DNA of 64,000 nucleotides from Candidatus Zixiibacteriota bacterium (GTDB lineage Bacteria > Zixibacteria > MSB-5A5 > GN15 > JAAZOE01). The first letter of the stretch is position 1, and every line of letters begins with the position of its first letter. Location of the stretch: positions 1 to 64,000 of the forward strand of contig JBDREQ010000066.1 of the NCBI GenBank assembly GCA_043819555.1, in the 5' to 3' direction. Both the position numbers and the translations under genes were made by a program. Below the pieces are notes generated by a model. That model made no database searches and was not told the DNA's origin. It worked only from the letters and a program-made list of their open reading frames with translations. Positions 29,065 to 39,570 of this stretch are shown piece after piece.

Positions 29065-30137
29065 TAAGAACTATCGACAGATATTTATTATCCCGATTTT
29101 TGATTTCTCTTTTGGTCGCTTGCGGAGGAATAACAATCATTGCCCTCATTGTCGATCTGGTCGGACATCTCGAAGATATCGTCGATAGCGCCGCCGGGAT
29201 CAAAGACGTTTTGCTTTATTATCTTTATTTCATCCCATGGATTTACAAAATAACCATTCCCGCTTCGGTGTTATTGGCCGGCTTATTTTCAATCGGCATG
29301 CTGGCCAAAAACAATGAAATCCTGGCGATGAAATCTTCGGGGCTATCCATTTATCGTATCGCCTTTCCCCTGCTTGTATTCACTTTCCTGCTGTCATGCG
29401 CCAATTTCTACTTTAATGAGGAAATCCTTCCTTATACCGCCCGCGAGCGAATCCGAATAAAGCATGGCGAAATAGAGAAGAAAGACCGCAAAGGCTCGAT
29501 CCTTTATAACCTTTCCAGGCAAGGTTCAGGGGGATATATTTATCATTTCGAAACTTACCGACCGGGGCGCAAAGAAGCCAAAAATGCATTGGTGCAGAGA
29601 TTTGAAAACGATTCCTTGAAAGAATCATACCGCGGCGAATTAATGAAATTCGCCAACGGGCAATGGAGCATCCTTAACGGCGCCTACCGGAGTTTTATTA
29701 GCGGCGAAGAAACTTTTCATCAGTTCGATTCGCTGTCGCTTCCCAATTGCAAGGAACGCCCGGAAGAATTTGAAAAATATCAGGGCAAGCCGGAAGACAT
29801 GGGGTACCGTGAACTTCAGGAATATATCGAAGTTTTGGATAAAACAGGTGCGCCTTTCATACGTGAATTAGTCGATTTGAAAATAAAACTTTCGTTTCCC
29901 TTTACTCCGTTTATCGTCATGTTCATCTGCATTCCGGTGGCGGCTAATCCAAAACGAAGCGGAGTCGCGCGGGCTTTTGCCATTGTAGCCGGAATTTCAT
30001 TGACGTATTTAGTCATTTTTAAGGTCATGCAGTCATTCGGATATAGCGGTTCGATATCTCCCAATATCGCGGCCTGGTCAATTAATGCCATATTTTTGGC
30101 TGTTGGCATTTTTGTGTTTATCCGGTCGCATAAATAA
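29061..30137 (+). CDS. lptG: LPS export permease LptG
   Basis: IDRYL, LAKNNEILAMKSSGLS, KLSFPF, P..AAW. Confidence 0.85.
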   Translation: MIRTIDRYLLSRFLISLLVACGGITIIALIVDLVGHLEDIVDSAAGIKDVLLYYLYFIPWIYKITIPASVLLAGLFSIGMLAKNNEILAMKSSGLSIYRIAFPLLVFTFLLSCANFYFNEEILPYTARERIRIKHGEIEKKDRKGSILYNLSRQGSGGYIYHFETYRPGRKEAKNALVQRFENDSLKESYRGELMKFANGQWSILNGAYRSFISGEETFHQFDSLSLPNCKERPEEFEKYQGKPEDMGYRELQEYIEVLDKTGAPFIRELVDLKIKLSFPFTPFIVMFICIPVAANPKRSGVARAFAIVAGISLTYLVIFKVMQSFGYSGSISPNIAAWSINAIFLAVGIFVFIRSHK

Positions 30138-30153
30138 TATTGATGAGGTCTTG

Positions 30154-30939
30154 ATGAACAAAAATCATGATATAAATCGCGAAAACTGGAATGTCAGAAC
30201 CGACGCGCATTATAAACATCCCGAATATCGAGTCAAAGAATTTCTGGATGGCACAAAAAAGCTGCATCCTCTAGAACTGGAAGAGGTTGGCAACGTTGAA
30301 GGCAAATCATTACTGCATTTGCAATGTCATTTCGGTCTGGACACTCTTTCCTGGGCCAGGCTGGGCGCAAAAGTAACCGGAATCGATATATCGGACCGGT
30401 CGATCGAACTGGCGAATGAGTTGAAACAGAAGGCGGGACTGGATGCCAGATTCATCAGAACCGATGTGTTTAACCTTCCTGAAATTCTCAACGAAGAGTT
30501 TGATATTGTTTTTACATCATATGGTGTCCTGTGGTGGATGTCAGATATCAGGCGCTGGGCGCAAATTGTTCATAAATATGTTAAAAAAGGCGGGTTTTTC
30601 TACATCGCGGAAATACACCCGTTTATGGGTATGCTGGATAAGGACAAGAACGTCTATGAGCCTTATTTTAATCAAGGCACCGAAAAATATTATGACGAGA
30701 GTGATTACTGCGATAAAGAATTGAAAATAAAAGAGGAATGCGGCTGGCGCTGGACCTTGTCGGATGTGATAAACGCCCTGATAGGAGCCGGTTTATCTAT
30801 TGAATATGTCCATGAATTTCCATTTTGCGTTTATGACCAGTGGCCTAATTTCGTCAAAGACTCAGATGGCTGGTATTATTATCCCGATATGAAAAAAGAC
30901 GTTCCCATGACATTTTCCATCAAGGCCGTGAAAAAATAG
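30154..30939 (+). CDS. Class I SAM-dependent methyltransferase
   Basis: LLHLQCHFGLDTLSWARLGAKVTGIDIS and FDIVFTSYGVL; GAGG RBS before the ATG at 30154. Confidence 0.9.
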   Translation: MNKNHDINRENWNVRTDAHYKHPEYRVKEFLDGTKKLHPLELEEVGNVEGKSLLHLQCHFGLDTLSWARLGAKVTGIDISDRSIELANELKQKAGLDARFIRTDVFNLPEILNEEFDIVFTSYGVLWWMSDIRRWAQIVHKYVKKGGFFYIAEIHPFMGMLDKDKNVYEPYFNQGTEKYYDESDYCDKELKIKEECGWRWTLSDVINALIGAGLSIEYVHEFPFCVYDQWPNFVKDSDGWYYYPDMKKDVPMTFSIKAVKK

Positions 30940-31045
30940 AGTCAATAATTATCAGTGTTAAGCATTGATTTATTAAACTCCATTTGGTAATTTTCACTAT
31001 TGGTCTAAATATCAACTTTTTATTCATAAATTTACGGAGTAACCC

Positions 31046-32515
31046 ATGGTGAACTTTTCTCTCTTTAAAAAAGTATTATGTTACATTTGCTTTATATCAA
31101 TTGTTTTAAGCCCTGCATCCTATGCCTTCGACAACTGTTACTCTATCGTTGTTGGCAAGGACGCCTCGGCCGATGGCTTCGTACTAATGGCGCACAATGA
31201 GGATGACGGACCGCCTCAAATTGTCAATCATCACAAAGTCCCGAGAAAAAAGCACTATCCCGGCGATAAGGTCCGACTCATAAACGGCGGCGAATTGGAA
31301 CAGGTCGAAGAAACCTGGTCGTATATTTGGTCGGAAATTCCGGGACTGATGTTTTCCGACAGCTATGTCAACGAATGGGGCCTCTGCATCACGTCGGATA
31401 ACTGCCCCTCGCGTGAGGATAATCCCGTCCTGCCCGAAGGCGGAATCAGCTATTACCTTCGCCGTTTGATCGCCGAAAGAGCTAAAACTTCCCGTGAAGG
31501 CGTGCATCTACTGGGAGAATTAATCGAGAGGTTCGGCTACGACGCCTCGGGAAGAACCTATATTGTCAGCGATCCTCTCGAAGGGTGGCTGGTCTGCGCC
31601 GTAAATGGCACACATTGGGCCGCGGCCCGAGTGCCGGATGACGAGATGGCTCTTATTGCCAATACCTATACCGTGCATAATATCGATTTATCCGATACGA
31701 TGAATTTTCTTGGCTCCGATGATATTATAGATTATGCCATCGAGCGCGGCTGGTATGATCCCAAACAAGACGGCGAGTTTGATTTCGCCAAAGCCTACGC
31801 AGATCCGGAAGTCGCCATTCATCCAGGGAATATTGGGCGCCAATACGGCGGATTAAGACTCGTCTCTCCGGTGCATGTCGAGATAGACGGCCATCATCCT
31901 TTTTCGCTGAAGCCAAAAAAGAAAATGGATGTCCCATCGCTGATGGCTATACTCAGGGACCATTATGAAGGTACGGAACATTTTGGCTCTAATTCTCCTT
32001 CAGGCAATCCCCACGACCGTGATTTCAGGTCTATTTGCCGTCATGATACTCAGACCAGTTTTGTCGTTCAGCTTCGAAATGATATGCCGTTGGATATTGG
32101 CGTCGTCTATTGGGTTTGCCTGGCATCGCCGTGTGTCTCGACATATATACCGTTCCACATCGGTAATGAGGTTTTTCCGGATTGGTATCTCGGCTCCCGC
32201 GATGCTCCGACCGATTTGGAATTTGAGGAAAAACTGATCCAGCCCTTCCAGCATGATTACTCCAACGCCTTCTGGACTTTCAGCAATCTGCGCTATAAGG
32301 CAGAAAAGAATTACAATAAAATAATCGAGTCTATTACTATCAAGCGTAACAAAGTCGAAAAACAAGCCTTTGATAATCAGGAATCAATGGAAAAATGGGC
32401 AATTCAGATTTATGACAGCGACAAGAAAACGGCAATGGAAATACTGAATAATTATTCTCGGGGGATTTATCTATCATCCATCAGGGCCATGGGGGAAATT
32501 ATTCCCAATAATTAG
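31046..32515 (+). CDS. Secreted C69-family dipeptidase (Ntn hydrolase)
   Basis: Signal peptide, then CYSIVVGKDASADG..AHNED with the N-terminal Cys nucleophile. Confidence 0.88.
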   Translation: MVNFSLFKKVLCYICFISIVLSPASYAFDNCYSIVVGKDASADGFVLMAHNEDDGPPQIVNHHKVPRKKHYPGDKVRLINGGELEQVEETWSYIWSEIPGLMFSDSYVNEWGLCITSDNCPSREDNPVLPEGGISYYLRRLIAERAKTSREGVHLLGELIERFGYDASGRTYIVSDPLEGWLVCAVNGTHWAAARVPDDEMALIANTYTVHNIDLSDTMNFLGSDDIIDYAIERGWYDPKQDGEFDFAKAYADPEVAIHPGNIGRQYGGLRLVSPVHVEIDGHHPFSLKPKKKMDVPSLMAILRDHYEGTEHFGSNSPSGNPHDRDFRSICRHDTQTSFVVQLRNDMPLDIGVVYWVCLASPCVSTYIPFHIGNEVFPDWYLGSRDAPTDLEFEEKLIQPFQHDYSNAFWTFSNLRYKAEKNYNKIIESITIKRNKVEKQAFDNQESMEKWAIQIYDSDKKTAMEILNNYSRGIYLSSIRAMGEIIPNN

Positions 32516-32535
32516 TCCATAAAATCCTGACAAGT

Positions 32536-32564
32536 AAAAAGCCGCCAATTTTTGGCGGCTTTTT
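32536..32564. terminator. Bidirectional intrinsic terminator
   Basis: AAAAA-GCCGCCA-loop-TGGCGGC-TTTTT between convergent genes. Confidence 0.85.
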
Positions 32565-32584
32565 CTTTAAGAATATTCCAAGAT

Positions 32585-33868
<1,284 letters not shown>

Positions 33869-33895
33869 CTATATAATTCACCAATAATGACTCTA

Positions 33896-35059
33896 TCAGG
33901 CCTCTTTGGCCAGGATATCAGCCTTATCTGTTTTCTCCCATGTAAATTCATCAAGCTCACGGCCAAAATGGCCGTAGGCCGCCGTCTTCAGATAAATCGG
34001 ACGGTGTAAATCTAACATTTCATTTATGCCGCGCGGCCTCAATTCAAAATGTTTTACTATCAGTTCTTTTATGCGGTCTTCTTTGACCTTGTTCGTCCCA
34101 TCTGTCCATACCATAATCGATACCGGATCGGGAACGCCTATGGCATATGCAAGCTGGATATTGCATTTATCAGCCAACCCTGAGGCAACAACGTTTTTGG
34201 CGATATAACGAGTCATATAAGATGCCGACCTGTCAACTTTCGTGGGATCTTTGCCAGAGAAAGCTCCGCCGCCATGCGACGCCATACCGCCATAGGTATC
34301 GACGATAATTTTTCGACCCGTCATTCCGGTATCAGCCTGAGGTCCGCCAATAATAAACTTACCCGTCGGATTGATATAATATTTTGTTTTGGAATCCAGC
34401 ATTCCTTCGGGAATAACCGGTTTGACAACTTTATCAATTATTTTTTGACGGGCGACGTCAGTTATATGGTTTCCATCGGGGCTAAGGATTTCTTCGGAAT
34501 GTTGAGTCGAAATGACGACGGCGTCAACGCGGGCTGGCCGATTATCGATATATTCTACGGTCACCTGTGACTTACCATCCGGTCCCAAAAAACCCAATAT
34601 TTTCTTCCTGCGGGCCTCAGCCAAACGCATCGTTAATTTATGTGCCAGCATAATCGGCATTGGCATCAATTCTTCAGTCTCACGACAGGCATAACCGGAC
34701 ATCAAGCCCTGATCGCCGGCTCCTCCGGTATCGACCCCCTGAGCGATATCAGGCGATTGAGCCCCAATGGCATTTAAAATAGCGCATCCTTTATAGGAGA
34801 AGCCATACCTGGCGTCAGTATAACCGATATCTTTAATAATTTTGCGAGCCAACGATTGGATATCGACATATCCCGTCGTAGTTATCTCGCCGCCGACAAT
34901 AAGAAGTCCCACCGTTACAAAAGCTTCGCATGCGACCCGACCGTTCACATCCTGTCTCAACACATCGTCAAGAACGGCGTCAGATATTTGATCGCAGACT
35001 TTATCGGGATGGCCTTCAGTTACTGATTCCGATGTAAAAAGAAAATTGCCATGACTCAT
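33896..35059 (-). CDS. metK: S-adenosylmethionine synthetase
   Basis: [28 protein letters not shown]. Confidence 0.98.
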   Translation of the reverse strand: MSHGNFLFTSESVTEGHPDKVCDQISDAVLDDVLRQDVNGRVACEAFVTVGLLIVGGEITTTGYVDIQSLARKIIKDIGYTDARYGFSYKGCAILNAIGAQSPDIAQGVDTGGAGDQGLMSGYACRETEELMPMPIMLAHKLTMRLAEARRKKILGFLGPDGKSQVTVEYIDNRPARVDAVVISTQHSEEILSPDGNHITDVARQKIIDKVVKPVIPEGMLDSKTKYYINPTGKFIIGGPQADTGMTGRKIIVDTYGGMASHGGGAFSGKDPTKVDRSASYMTRYIAKNVVASGLADKCNIQLAYAIGVPDPVSIMVWTDGTNKVKEDRIKELIVKHFELRPRGINEMLDLHRPIYLKTAAYGHFGRELDEFTWEKTDKADILAKEA

Positions 35060-35087
35060 ATAATTCTCCAGTGATTTTCACAATATA

Positions 35088-36062
35088 TTAAAAATGGCCG
35101 ACCTCAGATGAATCTCCGACATTGAGGCAGCGATAATCCCCGGTAACAATCGCTCGATGCCCGATTAACGAATCGGTCAATATTGAGTTGGTAACTTCTG
35201 CCTCATAGCCAATAATCGAATTCTTTACAATTGAGTTCCTGATTACTGCTCCGTCAGAAACGGAAACATGTGGTCCAATAACCGACCCTTCAACTACTGC
35301 CGAAGGCCCGATAAAAGTTGGCGGGATTATGACCGACCCTTCCCTGATTTCACTAAATGTCGTTTTCTCCAGCAAATGCCGATTGGTATCGATCAAAGTT
35401 TCTCGTTTGCCGCAATCAAACCAGCCTTCGACGGGGAAGGCGTTAAATATGGTTCCCTCTTCTATCATGCTCTGTAATGCGTCGGTTAATTGAATCTCAC
35501 CCCGCGTCTTTTGCCCGGAAACAATAAGTTTTTCCAAATGATTAAATAAAATAGAACTGTTTTGAATATAATACAGCCCAATAATGGCGAGGTTTGAGGA
35601 AGGATCAACCGGTTTCTCAACCAATCGATTGACCAAACCATGTTCGACATCGGCGATGCCAAATCTATGAGGATCAGCGACAGGCATCAGGCCCAATACA
35701 TTATCACCCTGCGACACGAATCGAGTCATATTGGCTTCAACAATAGTATCCCCCAGAATAATTAAAACCGGCCCGTCGGACGTTCCTCTGAGTCCCATAT
35801 GAACCGCATATCCTAATCCCAATAATTCCGTCTGATTTACGAATCGAGTTTTGATATTATAATGCTGAGTGACATATTCCTGAACTTTTTCGCCCAAAAA
35901 ACCAGTTATAATCGTAATCTCATCCGGATTTAATTCAATTAAAGAATCAAGAATATGCGCCAAAATCGGTTTCCCGGCGACATGCAAAAGCGATTTGGGT
36001 ATGGTATGCGTGTGCGGTCTCAAACGACTGCCAATTCCCGCGGCAGGAATAATTATTTTCAT
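35088..36062 (-). CDS. Sugar-phosphate nucleotidyltransferase with C-terminal left-handed beta-helix
   Basis: PAAGIGSRLRPHT..PK, GEIQLTDAL, WFDCG, hexapeptide repeats. Confidence 0.9.
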   Translation of the reverse strand: MKIIIPAAGIGSRLRPHTHTIPKSLLHVAGKPILAHILDSLIELNPDEITIITGFLGEKVQEYVTQHYNIKTRFVNQTELLGLGYAVHMGLRGTSDGPVLIILGDTIVEANMTRFVSQGDNVLGLMPVADPHRFGIADVEHGLVNRLVEKPVDPSSNLAIIGLYYIQNSSILFNHLEKLIVSGQKTRGEIQLTDALQSMIEEGTIFNAFPVEGWFDCGKRETLIDTNRHLLEKTTFSEIREGSVIIPPTFIGPSAVVEGSVIGPHVSVSDGAVIRNSIVKNSIIGYEAEVTNSILTDSLIGHRAIVTGDYRCLNVGDSSEVGHF

Positions 36063-36155
36063 TTCCGTCCTTGCCCTCCCTGTAATTTTTCGAAAGAATA
36101 TACGCAGTTCAAAGGAGAACGTAAATATAAATATTGGAATAAAACGGCCAAATGA

Positions 36156-36797
36156 TTAAGAAAACAACTGTTTTATCGATCCGCCCCAATCATCAATCAA
36201 AAATTGAACGCGGCCAATAAGCAGAGATATGCGAGCCATTACCGTATATCCAAAATGGGCGCCGAAAGATACCATTATAAACCAGATTCCAACCCGGGCA
36301 ACTCCACCCAAAACACCCTTGTGTTCTTTGGAAAAATAAAAATAAATTAAGGTCGTGACAACCCCGGCAACGATTATCAGGGAAAGAAGGAATTCACTCC
36401 ATCCCTGTCCTGGATCAAGCGAACGCATTGTCGCCTGTATTTGGGGCAGCACCTTTCCGTGAAGTTCGGAAATCAGAAATATGCCGGCCGTGGTGCCCAT
36501 AACAAATGCCAGTGAAATCCTGCTGATCCAGCTATATTTTTTTGTGAAGCGGGAAAACATCAGGACACCAAGTAAACCGGGGAAAATCAGCCACCATTTG
36601 CCCTGATCAATCATTGGATCGACAATCTGCTGCAAAATAACAGAATGCCAAACCAGCCCAAAATAATAACCTGACGTAAGTCCTGCAAAAATGTGCTCGG
36701 CCAATTTATAAAAAGGATTATCTTTATATAAAAAGGAAAACAACGACAGGGTCAAAAATGCTATAATCCATATCTGCAGATGCTCAATAAAGGTCAT
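36156..36797 (-). CDS. Conserved hypothetical polytopic membrane protein
   Basis: About 6 TM helices; SFLYKDNPFYKLAEH and FGAHFGYTVMARISLLIGR. Confidence 0.85.
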   Translation of the reverse strand: MTFIEHLQIWIIAFLTLSLFSFLYKDNPFYKLAEHIFAGLTSGYYFGLVWHSVILQQIVDPMIDQGKWWLIFPGLLGVLMFSRFTKKYSWISRISLAFVMGTTAGIFLISELHGKVLPQIQATMRSLDPGQGWSEFLLSLIIVAGVVTTLIYFYFSKEHKGVLGGVARVGIWFIMVSFGAHFGYTVMARISLLIGRVQFLIDDWGGSIKQLFS

Positions 36798-36820
36798 TTT
36801 ATCTCCTGCTATTCCGCATA

Positions 36821-37702
36821 TTAAGCTCTCCTGCGCCGTTGCGTGAAGAAAATGATATTACCGGCAATCACCGAACAAATAATGAATAGATGAACCAATG
36901 ATTGGGCTCCCATGCCCTTAGTGGCTTTATCCTTTTTATCAACCAAACGCTCATATTCGGCAGCCCCTTTCATGCCTCCCAAAAGACCAGTCATTTGTCC
37001 AGAACCAATATAGGCATAATAGCGGGGAGCCATAACTGCCGTCATACCGCAACCCACTTCAACATGGTATTGAGCATTTACAATTGAAATCCAATAATCG
37101 ACTATGCCATTGTCGGACACTACAAAGATAAAATCAATATCCTCGTAATTTTTAACATCTTTCATCATTGGAATTTCAGATAAAGGCGTTCCTGAATTAT
37201 CAGCCGGATAAATGACATCTATTGCGGTTCCCATCCCTTTTAAAACCGCTACATAATTTGCCTTATATCCTAAATTTACATAATCGACGCCATACTCTTT
37301 GCCGTATTTCTGGGCAATATCAAGAGTAACCCTCTCGGCAATAGTCGGGCCGCCCAATGGTATTGTGGTCATGGTAATAACCCGGCAGCTTTTGCCGAAG
37401 AGATGATGCAATGCGGCGGAGGACATCGGTTCCGTTTCCGGTAAAGCCGAAGCGTAATAATCAAAAGTCAATAAAACAATCGATGAATCAGGCAAATTTT
37501 CAACTGCGTCATAAAGCTGTCTGGATTCCGGGGATATCTCTATTGGGATATCGATAGTCATCAGAACGGGAAATATGACATAAAATCCCACGGCCAAATA
37601 TATAAATCTGTTGTCATCTGATTTATATGTCCTATAAAGCAGAAAAATCCCGATAATTACGAGTACAACATAAGCCATAATTTCCCAAAAAGACATAATC
37701 AA
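36821..37702 (-). CDS. Conserved hypothetical membrane-anchored alpha/beta protein
   Basis: N- and C-terminal TM helices; YGVDYVNLGY and GLLGGMKGAAEYE. Confidence 0.85.
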   Translation of the reverse strand: MIMSFWEIMAYVVLVIIGIFLLYRTYKSDDNRFIYLAVGFYVIFPVLMTIDIPIEISPESRQLYDAVENLPDSSIVLLTFDYYASALPETEPMSSAALHHLFGKSCRVITMTTIPLGGPTIAERVTLDIAQKYGKEYGVDYVNLGYKANYVAVLKGMGTAIDVIYPADNSGTPLSEIPMMKDVKNYEDIDFIFVVSDNGIVDYWISIVNAQYHVEVGCGMTAVMAPRYYAYIGSGQMTGLLGGMKGAAEYERLVDKKDKATKGMGAQSLVHLFIICSVIAGNIIFFTQRRRRA

Positions 37703-38362
37703 TTATTTCCCCATATAAGTGCGCTCAATACCGAGCATTATGCGAAGCGCCATCGCCGCCGCCCCCAAAGCCGCACCGATAATAATGCCCCGCTGAACGG
37801 CCAAGTTGGCGCCACCCATAATATAGGTGTTAATGTAATTAGGTATCTCGTCATGGATACTCTTCAAGAATGCCTCCCCCATTGGAATTCTCCAAAGCAT
37901 AACCAAAACTGCCGTAATTAGAAGCAGGGTCGCTTCCGCATTTCTCGCGCGAAAGGCTCGAAAGGCGGCCGATGCTATATAAAATGCCAGCATGGCAAAC
38001 ATCGTTGACATAAGGGGGGCATTTAAATTATTGAAACACCACGTATGGATTGAATTTAAGCCATCACCAAATAACGGAGATATTCTTGACGGTAAAATTG
38101 CCGGCACCATCGTAATAAATACGGCCAATAGAGTAGCCAATTTATATGGCCAGTCAGTTCCTGTTCTTTTCACAATATTGAAATTTACACGGATAATCGA
38201 AACCACTCCCAGCAAAAGAGTAAATCCGCCGACTATGGTCACCCAGCTTAAAATTTCCGGCTCGAATCGTCCGAGCAGGCTTTCTTCGGGTCTAAAGAAA
38301 AACGAAACAACCATTAAAAGGCCCGATAGAAAAGCGATTATAATCGGTACCGTAGTTCTCAT
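37703..38362 (-). CDS. Conserved hypothetical polytopic membrane protein
   Basis: About 6 TM helices; TMFAMLAFYIASAAFRAFRAR and LRIMLGIER. Confidence 0.85.
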   Translation of the reverse strand: MRTTVPIIIAFLSGLLMVVSFFFRPEESLLGRFEPEILSWVTIVGGFTLLLGVVSIIRVNFNIVKRTGTDWPYKLATLLAVFITMVPAILPSRISPLFGDGLNSIHTWCFNNLNAPLMSTMFAMLAFYIASAAFRAFRARNAEATLLLITAVLVMLWRIPMGEAFLKSIHDEIPNYINTYIMGGANLAVQRGIIIGAALGAAAMALRIMLGIERTYMGK

Positions 38363-38364
38363 TA

Positions 38365-39339
38365 TCAGACACTTTCAAAAAGTAAATAAAACCAATCACC
38401 CACATCAAAACTTATTAGCAGGACACCCGCCAATATTAACACCACTAATAAAATCTTAATCCAATCCTGCCCTTTAAGACCGCCCAAAAGTAGCGGCTCT
38501 CGCGATAAATATGCCGAAGCGGCATAGAGTTCCTCACCCATCAAAGTATAATCGCAGGCGGCAATAAAAAAGGGTAATTGGGCCGGTTGGGCAGTGCCGG
38601 CAATTTGAATCGAACCGGCGGCATTTCCGGTTTCAGCCATCAGCAAGGATTCGGCGTAAAATGCACCCATATAAATATTCGTAGCAGGTTTTTCACGCAT
38701 CATATATCCATTGACATACGCCGCAAATGAGAAAGTTTCACCGGCTACATATCGAACCATATCCCGATCATAGGAATCCGGTTTTCCTTCTTCCATGTAA
38801 GCTTGCTGTACTACTTCCTGACCGGCGGCCAATACCATCGGATATCTGACCGGGACCATTAGAGGCGTCTCGTATCTGGCGGTGATGCGGGCAACTCTTC
38901 CCAAAATAGAAATCCCGGCAATTGTCTCTATTTCATCAATCTCATTTAGACCGGGAATAAATAGAACAGGTTTACCCATCTCAGTCGCGCGTCCAACGGC
39001 ATCTTCCACTTCATCGAGACCGTTAATTTTGCGTATATAAAGTTTTTTGCCTGCTTTTGCCCACTTTGTATAAATTAGGATTGCAATTGAGAAAACTATC
39101 ATTAAAATCAAAGCATTGATACGATCTGAACGAAAGGCCGATAACTCCTCCCCGCCGATATCTATATCTACCTCATCGGTCACCGCGGCAATGACCGAAG
39201 AATCGGACATTACAGAATCAAGAGTTTGCGCTGCGGATGAATCATTTTTAATTGTAATCACGGTACTATCGGCCAGAATTATTGCGGGAGAAATCAATAA
39301 GATTATAAAAAGTGGTACAAAAATGGCCATTCGATTCAA
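38365..39339 (-). CDS. DUF6754 domain membrane protein
   Basis: IRKINGLDEVEDAVGRATEMGKPV, AESLLMAETG, QLPFFIAACDYTLMGEELYAASAYLS. Confidence 0.8.
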   Translation of the reverse strand: MNRMAIFVPLFIILLISPAIILADSTVITIKNDSSAAQTLDSVMSDSSVIAAVTDEVDIDIGGEELSAFRSDRINALILMIVFSIAILIYTKWAKAGKKLYIRKINGLDEVEDAVGRATEMGKPVLFIPGLNEIDEIETIAGISILGRVARITARYETPLMVPVRYPMVLAAGQEVVQQAYMEEGKPDSYDRDMVRYVAGETFSFAAYVNGYMMREKPATNIYMGAFYAESLLMAETGNAAGSIQIAGTAQPAQLPFFIAACDYTLMGEELYAASAYLSREPLLLGGLKGQDWIKILLVVLILAGVLLISFDVGDWFYLLFESV

Positions 39340-39570
39340 AGCGGTATATTCTCCAAAGTCTTGGGTCTTCCCAATTTATCAAATCAATGGTCAAAGTCAA
39401 CAGATATGAAATGGATTAAAATCAGAATTTCCAGCCAACTTGTCAATTTTGCCACTTGCTTCCTTACAAATTCCTGTTATAATTATAAATAGTACACACT
39501 TGAGAGTTACACATAATTACGTTTTTTGATAATCTGTCGATAACCAGATAAATAAGGATTAATTGGCTAT

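Noticed and set aside
35060..35087. SAM riboswitch before metK-ahcY
   Set aside because: The gap is only about 28 bp and shows no aptamer motif
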